64,000 nt of DNA from Terriglobia bacterium. GTDB lineage: Bacteria > Acidobacteriota > Terriglobia > Terriglobales > Acidobacteriaceae. Below are positions 38,909 to 49,329 of this stretch, in pieces. The DNA lies in the NCBI GenBank assembly GCA_963778995.1, contig CAVZWK010000020.1, positions 431,570-495,569 on the forward strand, read 5' to 3'. Position numbers and translations under genes: made by a program. Below the pieces are notes generated by a model. It searched no databases, had not been told where the DNA came from, and was given only the letters and a program-made list of their open reading frames with translations. Numbering within the stretch: the stretch's first letter is position 1; each line of letters starts with the position of its first letter.

Positions 38909-40303
38909 CTAGTCTCCGCCGTGCCTCGCCGCCTCCGCTTCCCCTTCACCCTCGGTCTTGGCGGTCTTTTCAATTCTTACCTTGGCGATGCGATGTCCTT
39001 CCATCTCTTCGACGGTATAGCGTCTGCCTTCGAACTCGAAGTGGTCGCGCAGATTCGGCATCCGCTGCAGGCGCGCCAGAACGAATCCGGCGAGAGTTTC
39101 GAATCCCGCATCCCTGGGCAGGATCAGTCCGTACTCCGTTTCGAGATCGCGGATGTTCACGGCCCCTTCCAGCACCAGCACCGACTCATCCTCCAGCGCC
39201 GGTTCGCTGGGGGACACGTCAAACTCGTCTTCTATGTTCCCTACCAGCTGTTCCAGGATGTCTTCTACCGTGATCACCCCGGCCGTCGATCCGAACTCGT
39301 CGACCACAACGGCTAGATGCCGCCGACGCTCCTTGAATTCCGCCAGCAATTCGGCAAGAACCTTCGTCTCGGGGACAACTACGACGTCATGCATGATCTG
39401 CCCGATTTGCATGCGGGAGATTTTCGTCGCGGTTGACTGACCCAGGTTGCTGAGGCGCAAGCGCATCCAGCGCATCAGGTCCTTGTAATAAAGGACGCCG
39501 ACAATATGCTCCGGCCCGCGCTGCGGATCGTAAATCGGAATCCGGGAATGCTGGCGCTCAATGACCCGAACCAGCGCTTCGTCGAGTTGCAGATCTGAGG
39601 GCAGCGAGAAGATATCGGGCCGCGCCACCATGACTTCACGAACGGTGATGCTGTCGAGTTCGATGGCGCTGTGGATCATCTCCTCCTGGAATTCGGGAAT
39701 CTGCCCAAATTGCCGGCTGGCCGTGACGATCAGTTTCAGTTCATCCGGCGAATGAACAGCGCCTCCACGCCGGGCAGGTTGCGCCCCAAAAATCCGCAGC
39801 ACGAGTCCTCCAGAACGCCGCATAAAGAAGAGGACGGGCCGGGTAATCGTCAGGAACGCTTCCATGGGCGCTGCCACGGCCAGTGCAATCTGTTCCGCGC
39901 GTTGCAAGGCCAGTGTCTTCGGCACCAACTCGCCCAGGATCACATGCATATAGGTGATCAGGGTAAAGGCGATGGCAATCGCGATGCCGTGTGCGTAGAC
40001 CTCCAAATGGGGCAGGCGGTGAAGGAAGCGCACGTTGCTGACGAGCCCTGCGACCATGGGCTCGCCAATCCAGCCCAAGGTCAAGCTGACCATGGTGATC
40101 CCGAGCTGCACGCCATTGACGACTTCATCGAGATGGTTATGCAGGCGCTGGACAATTCGCGCGCCGATGCGACCCGATCCAATCAATTGCTGGATACGAG
40201 TATCGCGGACGCTCACCAGGGCAAACTCGGCGGCTGCGAAGAAGGCGTTGGCTGCCACCAGTAGCAGGATCAGGAAGACCCGGAGCAGCACAAAGGCGAT
40301 CAT
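38909..40303 (-). CDS. Hemolysin/CNNM family protein (DUF21 + CBS pair + CorC_HlyC; TlyC/CorC-like)
   Basis: Domain order recognisable across the 464 aa. Confidence 0.9.
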   Translation of the reverse strand: MIAFVLLRVFLILLLVAANAFFAAAEFALVSVRDTRIQQLIGSGRIGARIVQRLHNHLDEVVNGVQLGITMVSLTLGWIGEPMVAGLVSNVRFLHRLPHLEVYAHGIAIAIAFTLITYMHVILGELVPKTLALQRAEQIALAVAAPMEAFLTITRPVLFFMRRSGGLVLRIFGAQPARRGGAVHSPDELKLIVTASRQFGQIPEFQEEMIHSAIELDSITVREVMVARPDIFSLPSDLQLDEALVRVIERQHSRIPIYDPQRGPEHIVGVLYYKDLMRWMRLRLSNLGQSTATKISRMQIGQIMHDVVVVPETKVLAELLAEFKERRRHLAVVVDEFGSTAGVITVEDILEQLVGNIEDEFDVSPSEPALEDESVLVLEGAVNIRDLETEYGLILPRDAGFETLAGFVLARLQRMPNLRDHFEFEGRRYTVEEMEGHRIAKVRIEKTAKTEGEGEAEAARHGGD

Positions 40304-40608
40304 GGAACCGTAATTCTAACATTGCAAAGACACTTGGCTTCGCTCCGGTGACGCGCAGCTCATTTACAATAGACATATCGCAGTGCGCAGGCTCACAAAT
40401 TTCACCTTCCATTTCCGCTATCCTTTTTTCGGAAGACTTGTCTAAAGGGAAGGCGGACGATGATTTAGCAGCCCCGCCCTCGAAGTAAGCTCCGGGATCC
40501 AAAACTTCATAAAGAAGTCAGGAACAAACGCAACACCTGCCGCGTATTAACACACAGAGCGGCATTATGGCTCCCAAACTCCAATTGGCGACACGTACAG
40601 GAGGATTT

Positions 40609-41826
40609 GTGAACGGTAACGGCAATAATGGCAAAAAGAAGCGCCGCAGACTGATCATCTGGGGCAGCGTTGTGGCAGTGATCGTTCTGCTTATCGCAGT
40701 CGGAGTCATCGTTGCGAAGAGCGGCGGCACCAAGATCGATCCTTCGAAACTCGCCAAAGTGGAAAAGGGAGACCTGGCGAAAAGCGTGGTCGCAACCGGC
40801 AAGGTCACGCCCATCACCAAGGTCGAAGTAAAGTCGAAGGCCAGCGGCATCGTCAAGAAACTGATGGTGGACTATGGCGACCGCGTCAAGAAGGGTCAGC
40901 TTCTCGCTCAACTCGACAAGGTCGAGATTGAGGCGCAAGTCGAGCAGTCGAAGGCGGCTCTGCAGGCCGCAGAGGCGAATTTGAAGAGTTCCCAGGCTGA
41001 CTATGAACGCTCCAAAGTGGACGCGGAAGGCCCAGATGTACCGCTGCTGAAGCGCGCGTATGACCGTGCCGTTAGCATGGCCAAAGATGGCGTCGTTTCC
41101 ACCTCGGCCCTTGAAGATGCGCAGAAGAATTACGAGTTGGCGCTGAATAAGCAGAACGTTGCCAAGGCCCAGATGACAGTACTGAAGGCGAAGATCGCGC
41201 AGTCTCAGGCCAATGTCATGCAGGACCAGGCGAACCTGAAGCAACTCGAAGAACAGCTGAGCTATACCGATATTATTTCGCCGATCGATGGGATCGTGCT
41301 CTCGCGTGATGTGCAGATGGGCGATGCCGTCAGTTCCATCCTGGTATTGGGTTCCTCGGCGACCCTGGTCATGACGCTGGGCGACACCAGCGAAGTCTAC
41401 GTGAAGGGCAAGGTGGACGAGAGTGATATTGGCAAGGTCTATCTCGGACAGCGCGCCCGTATCAAAGTCGAGTCGTTCAAGGAGAAGACATTCGACGGCA
41501 AGGTCACGAAGATCTCTCCCATGGGCGTGGAAAAAGATAACGTGACCACGTTTGAAGTCCGTGTCTCGATCCAGAACCCCGGCGGCGAACTGAAGGCAGA
41601 AATGACTGCCAATGCCGAAATCATCCTGGAAGAACACAAGAACGTGCTGCAGATTCCGGAAGGCGCAATTCTTTACGACAAGGACAAGAAAGCGTCCGTA
41701 GAAATTCCCAATCCGAAAGCGAAAGACGGTAAGGACAAACTCGCCGTCAACATTGGAATCTCAAACGGCGCAAAGACCGAAGTCCTGAGTGGCCTGAAAG
41801 AAGGTCAGGAAGTCGTACTGCAGTAA
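40609..41826 (+). CDS. HlyD/MacA-family periplasmic adaptor (membrane fusion protein)
   Basis: N-terminal TM, coiled-coil hairpin, beta-barrel region; start set at GTG 40609 behind an AGGAGGA RBS. Confidence 0.85.
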   Translation: MNGNGNNGKKKRRRLIIWGSVVAVIVLLIAVGVIVAKSGGTKIDPSKLAKVEKGDLAKSVVATGKVTPITKVEVKSKASGIVKKLMVDYGDRVKKGQLLAQLDKVEIEAQVEQSKAALQAAEANLKSSQADYERSKVDAEGPDVPLLKRAYDRAVSMAKDGVVSTSALEDAQKNYELALNKQNVAKAQMTVLKAKIAQSQANVMQDQANLKQLEEQLSYTDIISPIDGIVLSRDVQMGDAVSSILVLGSSATLVMTLGDTSEVYVKGKVDESDIGKVYLGQRARIKVESFKEKTFDGKVTKISPMGVEKDNVTTFEVRVSIQNPGGELKAEMTANAEIILEEHKNVLQIPEGAILYDKDKKASVEIPNPKAKDGKDKLAVNIGISNGAKTEVLSGLKEGQEVVLQ

Positions 41827-41913
41827 CGTTAGGCAATCGGGTCTTAGGTCGCAGGTATTAGGTGCAAGCCTAAGACCCACAGCCTAAGGCCCGAAGTTTT
41901 TCCGGCGGATGCC

Positions 41914-43173
41914 ATGACTCTCTCCGAAATCCTGCGACAAGCGGTCGCCACATTCCGGGCTCACAAGATGAGGACGTTCCTCACCATGTTCGGCCTGATC
42001 TGGGGCATCGCTTCGGTAATCATCCTCGTCGGCCTCGGACGAGGTTTCGTGGTTGACCAGAAGAAGCACATGGAAACGCTGGGCAAGGACCTCGTCATCG
42101 TTTGGGGAGGCCGCACGAGTTCGCAGGTCGGTGGCCGTGCCGCAGGGCGAGAGATTCACCTCAACGTGGACGATGCTCAACTTATCCGCGACGAGTGTTA
42201 CCTCATCAAGAATGTCAGTCCCGAACTGAGGCGAACCATCCCCGAGGTCAGCCAGTACAATCTGGCGAACCGCGGCGTAGTCGGAATGTGGCCTTCCTAC
42301 CAGGAATTCCGCTCCTTGAAGGTTTCTGAGGGACGTTTGATCACCGATGATGATGAACGGGAAGGACGGCGTGTCCTGGTGCTGGGATCGAAGGCCTACC
42401 GCCAGCTATTTCCCGGACAGCCGGCGATTGGCGCGACTCTTCTGGTCAAGAGCATTCCGTACTCCGTGGTCGGCGTACTCCAGGAGAAAAAGCAGAATTC
42501 GAACTACAGCGGACCTGACAACGACTACCTGTTCGCGCCCTACTCGGCTGTGTCGCGGGATTTTCCTCCTCCGGAGAAGCCCGGCGCAGGGATCACCCGC
42601 GGCTATTTAGACGACATTGTTTTCGAAGTTGCCGATCCCGAGAATCATGAAACCGCAGTGCTGCAAGTGCGCCGTGCCATCGGCCGGGTGCGCCACTTCG
42701 ATCCGGTGGACAAAGACGCTCTGTTTATCTGGGACACGATGGATGGCGCCAAGCAACTGGCGAAAATCTTCGGGGTTGTCACTCTATTCTTTGGATGTGT
42801 CGCCATCGTAACCCTCTGCCTGGGTGGCATTGGCGTGATGAACATCATGCTGGTTTCCGTCACCGAGCGCACCCGCGAGATCGGGACCCGCAAGGCCATG
42901 GGCGCCACGAAGCGAGACATCCTGCGTCAATTCTTTGCGGAGTCTGCCATGCTGACCATCGTCAGCGGCATCCTCGGATTCAGCGCCGGCATGGGCATCT
43001 GCGTCGGATTGCAGGTATTGCCGCTACCGGATTTCGTTCCGCACCCGATCATTTCTCCAATCTCAATCGTCATCTCGATACTCACGCTTTCTCTGATCAC
43101 CGTGACCGCAGGCATGTATCCCGCCCAGCGCGCCGCGGATATGACACCTGTGGAGTCGCTGCGCTATGAATAA
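41914..43173 (+). CDS. MacB-type ABC transporter permease (periplasmic core domain + FtsX); no ATPase domain
   Basis: 4-TM FtsX fold with large periplasmic domain; ERTREIG motif. Confidence 0.85.
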   Translation: MTLSEILRQAVATFRAHKMRTFLTMFGLIWGIASVIILVGLGRGFVVDQKKHMETLGKDLVIVWGGRTSSQVGGRAAGREIHLNVDDAQLIRDECYLIKNVSPELRRTIPEVSQYNLANRGVVGMWPSYQEFRSLKVSEGRLITDDDEREGRRVLVLGSKAYRQLFPGQPAIGATLLVKSIPYSVVGVLQEKKQNSNYSGPDNDYLFAPYSAVSRDFPPPEKPGAGITRGYLDDIVFEVADPENHETAVLQVRRAIGRVRHFDPVDKDALFIWDTMDGAKQLAKIFGVVTLFFGCVAIVTLCLGGIGVMNIMLVSVTERTREIGTRKAMGATKRDILRQFFAESAMLTIVSGILGFSAGMGICVGLQVLPLPDFVPHPIISPISIVISILTLSLITVTAGMYPAQRAADMTPVESLRYE

Positions 43174-44128
43174 AAGCAATCAAGCTCTTGCCCAATCCGT
43201 TCTTTACAGACGGCTGACATTCGCCGCACTGTTCGCCGCGCTGGTCCTTCTTCTTGCTTCCACTTCAGCTTTTGCTTCCACGCCGCAGGGCACGTTCGAA
43301 AGAACTCTGCAGGTAAACGGGCCTGTCGATCTTGAAGTGCTGACCCATTCCGGCGATGTCACCATTCGCGCCGGTTCCTCCAGTTCCGTATTTATCCGCG
43401 GCAAGATTTATGTGGGTGACCGCTGGTTCGGCGGTCGTCGCGATGATGACGTCCATGCCATCGAACAGAATCCTCCGATCCACCAAAGCGGTAACAGCAT
43501 TCACGTTGAGTACGTTGACTATCGAAACATCTCGATCGACTACGAAATCAGCGTACCCGCAGATGCCACGGTTCGTGCCCGCAGTGGCTCGGGCGATCAG
43601 ATCATCGAAGGCACGCGCGGCAATGTCGATGTGCAGACCGGATCCGGAAATGTGAAGTTGACCAACATTTCTGGTGAAGTCCATCTTCAAACCGGCTCCG
43701 GCGACGTGCGGGCCCGGTCCATTTCGGGGACCGTCCGAGGCGGCACGGGAAGTGGCGATGTTGAGGTGGAGGAAACCGGAAAAGGAAATGTTGAGCTCCA
43801 TACCGGATCCGGCGGAATCAACGCGCGCGGTATCAACGGAGGCTTCCGGGGCGAAACCGGAAGCGGCGACGTCACGGCGGAGGGCACGATGACCGATACC
43901 TGGGAGCTGCATACAGGCTCCGGCAACGTGCACGTTCGCCTGCCGGCGAATGCCGCATTTGATGCTGACATCTCAAGCAGTTCCGGCAGCGTGGAGGTAG
44001 GTGAGCCGATCGAAATGACTGTGCAAGGCCGTATCGGTGACTCGCGCAAGTCGGTTCGTGGCAAAGTTCATGGCGGCGGTCCAGTGCTGAGGGTACGCAC
44101 CGGCTCGGGCGACATCCACATTAATTAA
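43166..44128 (+). CDS. DUF4097 (LiaF/putative-adhesin-like) beta-repeat protein with signal peptide
   Basis: Ten or more TGSGDV/GSGNV repeats; N-terminal signal sequence; ATGA start overlaps the upstream permease stop. Confidence 0.8.
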   Translation: MNKSNQALAQSVLYRRLTFAALFAALVLLLASTSAFASTPQGTFERTLQVNGPVDLEVLTHSGDVTIRAGSSSSVFIRGKIYVGDRWFGGRRDDDVHAIEQNPPIHQSGNSIHVEYVDYRNISIDYEISVPADATVRARSGSGDQIIEGTRGNVDVQTGSGNVKLTNISGEVHLQTGSGDVRARSISGTVRGGTGSGDVEVEETGKGNVELHTGSGGINARGINGGFRGETGSGDVTAEGTMTDTWELHTGSGNVHVRLPANAAFDADISSSSGSVEVGEPIEMTVQGRIGDSRKSVRGKVHGGGPVLRVRTGSGDIHIN

Positions 44129-44224
44129 CGCTGAGGAATTCAGATTGCAGATATCAGACTATTTCGAATCGAACCGTCTGCAATCTGAAATCTCAAGTCT
44201 GAAATCAGAGCCGATCAGTTCAGG

Positions 44225-45490
44225 TTGGAACGTATGTTCTTAAAGGAACTCATCACGCAAGGCTGGCAAGCGCTCATGCGCGATCGTACCCGGTCCGCAC
44301 TCACCATGCTTGGCATCGGCTGGGGACTGGTCTCGGTCGTGCTCTTGCTCGCGTACGGCCAAGGCCTTGGGGGATGCGTGTTGAGCGCATTCCTGAACAT
44401 GGGCAACAACGTTATCGTTCTCTGGCCCGGACAGACCAGTATGCAGGCTGGCGGGCAGCGCGCCGGCAAGAAGGTCACCTACGAACTTGAGGACGTCGAG
44501 GCCATTCGCGACGAAGTGCCCCTGGTGCGCGCAGTCAGTGGCGAGATCGACCGCGACTTCGGATTCAAGATCGGCACGCGCGTTGTCTCCATCATGGTCC
44601 GCGGCGTCGATTTGCCCTACGGACAGATGCGCAAGCTCGATCTGGAAGACGGACGCTACTTCAACGAAGGCGACTTTGCCGATCACCGCAGAGTGGTGAT
44701 TCTCGGCTACAGCGCCGCCAAGAAGGTCTTCCAAGGTGCGCCCGGCGCCGGGCAGCACGTGCAGATCGGCGGGCTCGATTTCGAAGTTATCGGTACCATG
44801 CGCAACAAAATTCAGGATTCGATGTATCAAGGTCCAGACAACGAGAACGGATTCATCCCGTTTGCTCTCATGCGCGACCTCAAAAACATTCGCGATCCCG
44901 ACGAGATCATCATTCAGCCGACTGCTCCCCAACTGAATAAGAAAGCATTGGCAGCCGTGCGCGAAGTCATCGCGCGCCGCCACCACTTCGATCCCAAGGA
45001 CGAAAAGGCCACGCCCGAGTGGGACACAATCGAAGACCGCAGCATGATCAACGCGTTCTCCTATGGACTGCAGGCAGTGCTGGGATTGATTGGCGTATGC
45101 ACGCTGGCGGTCGGCGGCATTGGCGTAATGAACATCATGTTGGTTTCCGTAACCGAACGCACCCACGAGATCGGTCTGCGGAAAGCGATTGGCGCTCGTC
45201 CCCGGCACATCTTGGTGCAGTTCCTGCTTGAAGCGTTAGTCCTGACGTTCGTTGGCGGCCTGATCGGGATGGTGGTGGCGCAGCTTCTGACCTGGGTGAT
45301 CCCGCCCATGCCCCTCTATGACGAGTTCTACAAGACCACCGATCACGAAGGTGCGATCTTCCTGCACGCCTCGATGACCGTGATGCTGATCTCGTTCACG
45401 ATCCTGTCGATGGTTGGAATCGTGTCAGGGTTCTTCCCTGCCCTCAAAGCCTCGCGCATGCACCCGATCGAAGCCCTGCGGTACGAGTAA
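44225..45490 (+). CDS. MacB-type ABC transporter permease paralog (FtsX family); no ATPase domain
   Basis: Same architecture as 41914..43173; ERTHEIG motif. Confidence 0.85.
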   Translation: MERMFLKELITQGWQALMRDRTRSALTMLGIGWGLVSVVLLLAYGQGLGGCVLSAFLNMGNNVIVLWPGQTSMQAGGQRAGKKVTYELEDVEAIRDEVPLVRAVSGEIDRDFGFKIGTRVVSIMVRGVDLPYGQMRKLDLEDGRYFNEGDFADHRRVVILGYSAAKKVFQGAPGAGQHVQIGGLDFEVIGTMRNKIQDSMYQGPDNENGFIPFALMRDLKNIRDPDEIIIQPTAPQLNKKALAAVREVIARRHHFDPKDEKATPEWDTIEDRSMINAFSYGLQAVLGLIGVCTLAVGGIGVMNIMLVSVTERTHEIGLRKAIGARPRHILVQFLLEALVLTFVGGLIGMVVAQLLTWVIPPMPLYDEFYKTTDHEGAIFLHASMTVMLISFTILSMVGIVSGFFPALKASRMHPIEALRYE

Positions 45491-45557
45491 CCCGTCTCAA
45501 GAGCAGGGTTCCGTTCACTAGGTTTGGGCTTTTGATCACAATTGAGGAGGTGAAGGC

Positions 45558-46052
45558 ATGGCGCAGCAGAGCTCTGTGCATGTCACTGACCTGGGAATTG
45601 AGCGAATCGGATCGACCGGCGCACTCGCGATGGCAGTTTGTTGTCTGGTGACGATTCTGGCCCTGGTGCTAGGTGTCGGCCTGGCAAGCAACTTGGTGGT
45701 CCGGCATATTGTCCAGACTCTGCCGCTTTGGGTGGGGGTCGTTTTAGGTTTTCGGCACTCGCATATCGCGGCTTGGGCCGCGGTCCCAATGTTCGTCTTT
45801 TGGCTGATCTTGATGGCTATGATCTGGTCGGACTGGGTCGGAATTTCCCATCTCTTAAGCGGTCAGTTCTCGCCCATCGAGATTGCGATGACGACTATCG
45901 TCGGGGCCGCGTCTTTGGCGGGAATTGCAGTTTTCGCCCGTTGCCGCTATTCCTTGTCTCCGCTGATCGCCGCGGCGCTGTTCATCGTAATGGGCGGCAT
46001 TCAGTTACTTTGTTTTCGATTGAGTTTTCTGCCAACGTTTGCGCACCGCTGA
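45558..46052 (+). CDS. Hypothetical 4-5 TM membrane protein
   Basis: 164-aa hydrophobic ORF. Confidence 0.45.
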   Translation: MAQQSSVHVTDLGIERIGSTGALAMAVCCLVTILALVLGVGLASNLVVRHIVQTLPLWVGVVLGFRHSHIAAWAAVPMFVFWLILMAMIWSDWVGISHLLSGQFSPIEIAMTTIVGAASLAGIAVFARCRYSLSPLIAAALFIVMGGIQLLCFRLSFLPTFAHR

Positions 46053-46110
46053 CGTTACCCGAGCCAACCGTCCGATCGCCGAACATTGAGTCCGGCGACC
46101 GGACTTGCTG

Positions 46111-47304
46111 CTAAACGAATACTTCTCCGGGCAATGCCGTCAAGGTTCTTGAAGCCAGCGTATTTTGGATCGCTCGCCGGGGCTGGGAGTTTGCTGCGTC
46201 AAGCTGCATGCGTTCAATCTTCAGCTTCAGGGCCCGCTCGATGTGCCGGAGTTCCAGCACTTCTCCGCCTGCCACCAGGCTCGAAGCTCGTCCCTGCAGG
46301 CCGGCTCGGCCGGTACGGCCGACCCGGTGGATGAAGTCTTCCGCCATCTTCGGCAGATCGTAATTGATGACGTGAGCAACGTCGTCCACGTGCAGGCCGC
46401 GCGATGCGACATCGGTCGCAACCAGAACCTGGAAGCGGCCTTCCTGGAATCCGCTCAATGCGGAATTGCGCTGCGATTGCGAGCGGTCCCCGTGGATCAT
46501 GCTGGCGCTAAAACCGTCGCGCACCAATTCTTTGGCAAGCCGTTCTGCGCCGCGCTTGGTGCGCGTAAAGATCAGGGTCTGGCCCTTCTCCGCATAGAGC
46601 AGTTGCCGTAACACCTCGATCTTTTCTCCCGGACGCACTTCGTACGCCTTGAGTTCGACGCTCTCCGCGGGCTTGAGTACGGAACCCAGTGCGACCCGCA
46701 CCGGTTCGCGCATGTATTCGTTCACCAGGCCTGCGACGGATTGCTCCATCGTAGCCGAGAAACACAGCGTCTGCCGTTTCACGGGCAGTACGGCCAGAAT
46801 CCGCCGTATGGCGGGCAGAAACCCCATGTCGAGCATGCGGTCGGCTTCGTCGAGCACGAGAATTCCAACGTGCCGTACGTCGGCGAACTTGCGGTCCATC
46901 AGATCCTGCAAACGTCCCGGCGTGGCGATTACCAGTTCGGCTCCGGCGCGCAGGCTTTGAATCTGCGCCTTTTCCGATACTCCGCCAATGACCAGCGCGG
47001 CCTTGGGCATGTTCTTCGCGCGCAATTGTTCGTATTGCTCGTGCACCTGCATCGCGAGTTCACGCGTTGGAAGCAGCACGAGAGCAATCGTGTGCCGCGA
47101 GGGTTCGCGGTTGAGAGTCTCAATCAGCGGGATCAGAAATGCCAGGGTCTTGCCGGTGCCCGTCTGGGCTGTTCCGATGACATCGCGCCCTTCAAGGGCT
47201 GGAGGAATCGCACGTTCCTGGATTGGGGTTAGGTCTGTAAATTGGGCTGCCGCCAGCTTCTGCTGTAACGCGGAAGACAGGGGCAGTTCTGAAAATGTAG
47301 CCAT
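46111..47304 (-). CDS. DEAD-box ATP-dependent RNA helicase (RhlE-like)
   Basis: Q motif, GTGKT Walker A, DEAD, SAT and HRVGRTGR motifs. Confidence 0.9.
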   Translation of the reverse strand: MATFSELPLSSALQQKLAAAQFTDLTPIQERAIPPALEGRDVIGTAQTGTGKTLAFLIPLIETLNREPSRHTIALVLLPTRELAMQVHEQYEQLRAKNMPKAALVIGGVSEKAQIQSLRAGAELVIATPGRLQDLMDRKFADVRHVGILVLDEADRMLDMGFLPAIRRILAVLPVKRQTLCFSATMEQSVAGLVNEYMREPVRVALGSVLKPAESVELKAYEVRPGEKIEVLRQLLYAEKGQTLIFTRTKRGAERLAKELVRDGFSASMIHGDRSQSQRNSALSGFQEGRFQVLVATDVASRGLHVDDVAHVINYDLPKMAEDFIHRVGRTGRAGLQGRASSLVAGGEVLELRHIERALKLKIERMQLDAANSQPRRAIQNTLASRTLTALPGEVFV

Positions 47305-47616
47305 TCGAATTTCTGTTCTTTCTGGAGGGGCCCTTTGTCACGCATACACTGACACACGTCAGAGCCGCAAGCGCCGCTCACATTCAATTTTTGGATTTCA
47401 CGCAAAATATACGGCGGGCAGGATGGGCGGAGATGAATCTGGTCTTACAGAAGGTGACCACCGCGCGGCAAGCAAACCGTGGTAAAGCGTCAGAAACAGT
47501 ATAGCAGATCCAGTGCTGTGAGTGAGACCGATCCAATTACCCCAGTACCTTGACGCCCCGCTTCCCGGCCAATTAACTTCGGCTTACGGATATTTCTGTC
47601 TTCCAGCGAGGGTAAA

Positions 47617-48448
47617 TTGCCGCATCGTCCGATCATTACTCTCACTACTGATTTTGGGACCAACGACCATTTCGTCGGCGCCGTAAAGGGCGTCATTCTC
47701 GACATTGTGCCGGAGGCTGCGATCGTCGATATCACGCATGCCATTCAGGCCTTCGACGTACTTGACGGCGCGATTGCGATTTCGCAGTCGTATTCTTATT
47801 TTCCGACCGGCACCGTACACATGGTTGTTGTTGATCCCGGCGTCGGCACGACACGACGTCCGATCATCGCCTCAAGCGACGGATATCACTTCGTCGCGCC
47901 GGACAATGGCGTGCTCTCGATGGTGTACGCGAAAGAAGAGCGCATTCACGTGCGCCACGTCACTTCGGACCACTACTTCCGCCAGCCGGTCAGCAACACC
48001 TTCCATGGACGCGATGTGTTCGCCCCAGTTGCAGCGTATCTGGCCAAGATGGTCGACTCGCACAAGTTTGGCGACGAGGTTGAAGACTACGTCAAGTTTG
48101 CCGCGCCGCGACCAAAGCCGGCTGGCGACAATCGTCTGCGCGCGGTGGTACTGAAGGTCGATCGCTTCGGCAACCTGATCACGAACCTGACTGCGCAGGA
48201 TGCGCCCAGTTTGTTGCAGCGCGAGTCCCGGCTCGTTCAAGATTGTGGTCGGAAGCAAAGAGATCACCGACATTCGGACCAACTACGCGGAGGGCGCACC
48301 CGGAGAAGTCTTCGGAATTCTCGGCAGCATGGGCTACCTTGAAATCGTCGCCAATCGCGCCGCCGCTGCGCAACTCACCGGCGCAGGCAAGGGCAGCGAG
48401 GTCAGCATCTTCCTGGGCGAAGCTGCTGCTGCCGGCAAGGGCGCTTAA
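47617..48448 (+). CDS. SAM hydroxide adenosyltransferase (DUF62/SalL-fluorinase superfamily); frame broken once near 48225
   Basis: ITLTTDFG...DHFVGAVKGVIL N-terminal signature; C-terminal continuation found in ORF 48200..48448. Confidence 0.8.
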
Positions 48449-48523
48449 CACTTTTCAACACAGAGGGCAAAGGCTCACAGACGATTTCCTTTGTGAGACC
48501 CTGCGTTCTCTGTGTTAAATGTT

Positions 48524-48757
48524 TCAGGAACTCTTAGGTCTCGGATGGACATGGCGTTCCATCTCGCCCGTCCACTTCAGGAAGCGCCAGAGCTCATGGC
48601 GCTCACGCCACATGAACTCCCAGAATTCTACGAACCCGATCTGGGTCATCTTCACGCCAGTGTACGTTTCGATACGCCACAGTAGATAAGGACTTCTCCA
48701 GGGCGTCAGCCGATGCCCCTTCGTCGCGTTCCACAGGAAACGGACCTTGTAGCGCAT
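48524..48757 (-). CDS. Hypothetical Trp-rich small protein
   Basis: Start set at MRYKVRF; the Arg-rich N-terminal extension in the ORF track is likely spurious. Confidence 0.25.
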   Translation of the reverse strand: MRYKVRFLWNATKGHRLTPWRSPYLLWRIETYTGVKMTQIGFVEFWEFMWRERHELWRFLKWTGEMERHVHPRPKSS

Positions 48758-48887
48758 GCCGACATGATACTCACCAATCCCTGCAACGTCACGAGATATG
48801 CCCCGGGTGTGAGATGTTCGAAGGACGCCCAAGGACCTGACCCGCCGTTTCCCCGTGCTAGAATCCGAATTCCGCCGGGGACTTTTC

Positions 48888-49244
48888 ATGGCTGACGACC
48901 ACGACCGCCAAAAGGCCGAAGATCACTACTACGCCGCGCTCGACCTGATGGCCGACGGCAAACTGCAAGAAGCCGTGACCGCTTACCGCCACTCGCTGAG
49001 CGCCGATCCACAGTTCACAGAAGCGATGCACGGACTCGCGCGCGCGCTACAGGATCTCGAGCGCTATGACGAAGCCATCGTCGTCGCAAAGCAGATCGCC
49101 GACCTCGATCCCGATGACGTTCTCGCGCACACCAGCCTCTCAGTGCTTTACCAGAAAAAGGGAATGATCCCCGAGGCCGAAGCTGAGGGCGCAAAGGCCC
49201 GAGTCCTCGGATGGAAGCAGCAACTGAAGAAGGGCAATTCTTAG
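48888..49244 (+). CDS. TPR repeat protein
   Basis: Three TPR-like helical repeats; start at MADDHDRQ. Confidence 0.55.
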   Translation: MADDHDRQKAEDHYYAALDLMADGKLQEAVTAYRHSLSADPQFTEAMHGLARALQDLERYDEAIVVAKQIADLDPDDVLAHTSLSVLYQKKGMIPEAEAEGAKARVLGWKQQLKKGNS

Positions 49245-49329
49245 CAATCAGTGATGAGCAACGAGTGATGAACAATGAGCAATGACTTCTCAGCTCTGCT
49301 TCGGAGTCGGTAGTTGATCCTGCGCAAAC

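Noticed and set aside
43200-44100. Regularly spaced GGxTCCGGxGAxGT repeats at nucleotide level (CRISPR-like periodicity?)
   Set aside because: They encode the TGSGDV beta repeats of the DUF4097 protein, are in frame and are not separated by unique spacers of constant length; not a CRISPR array
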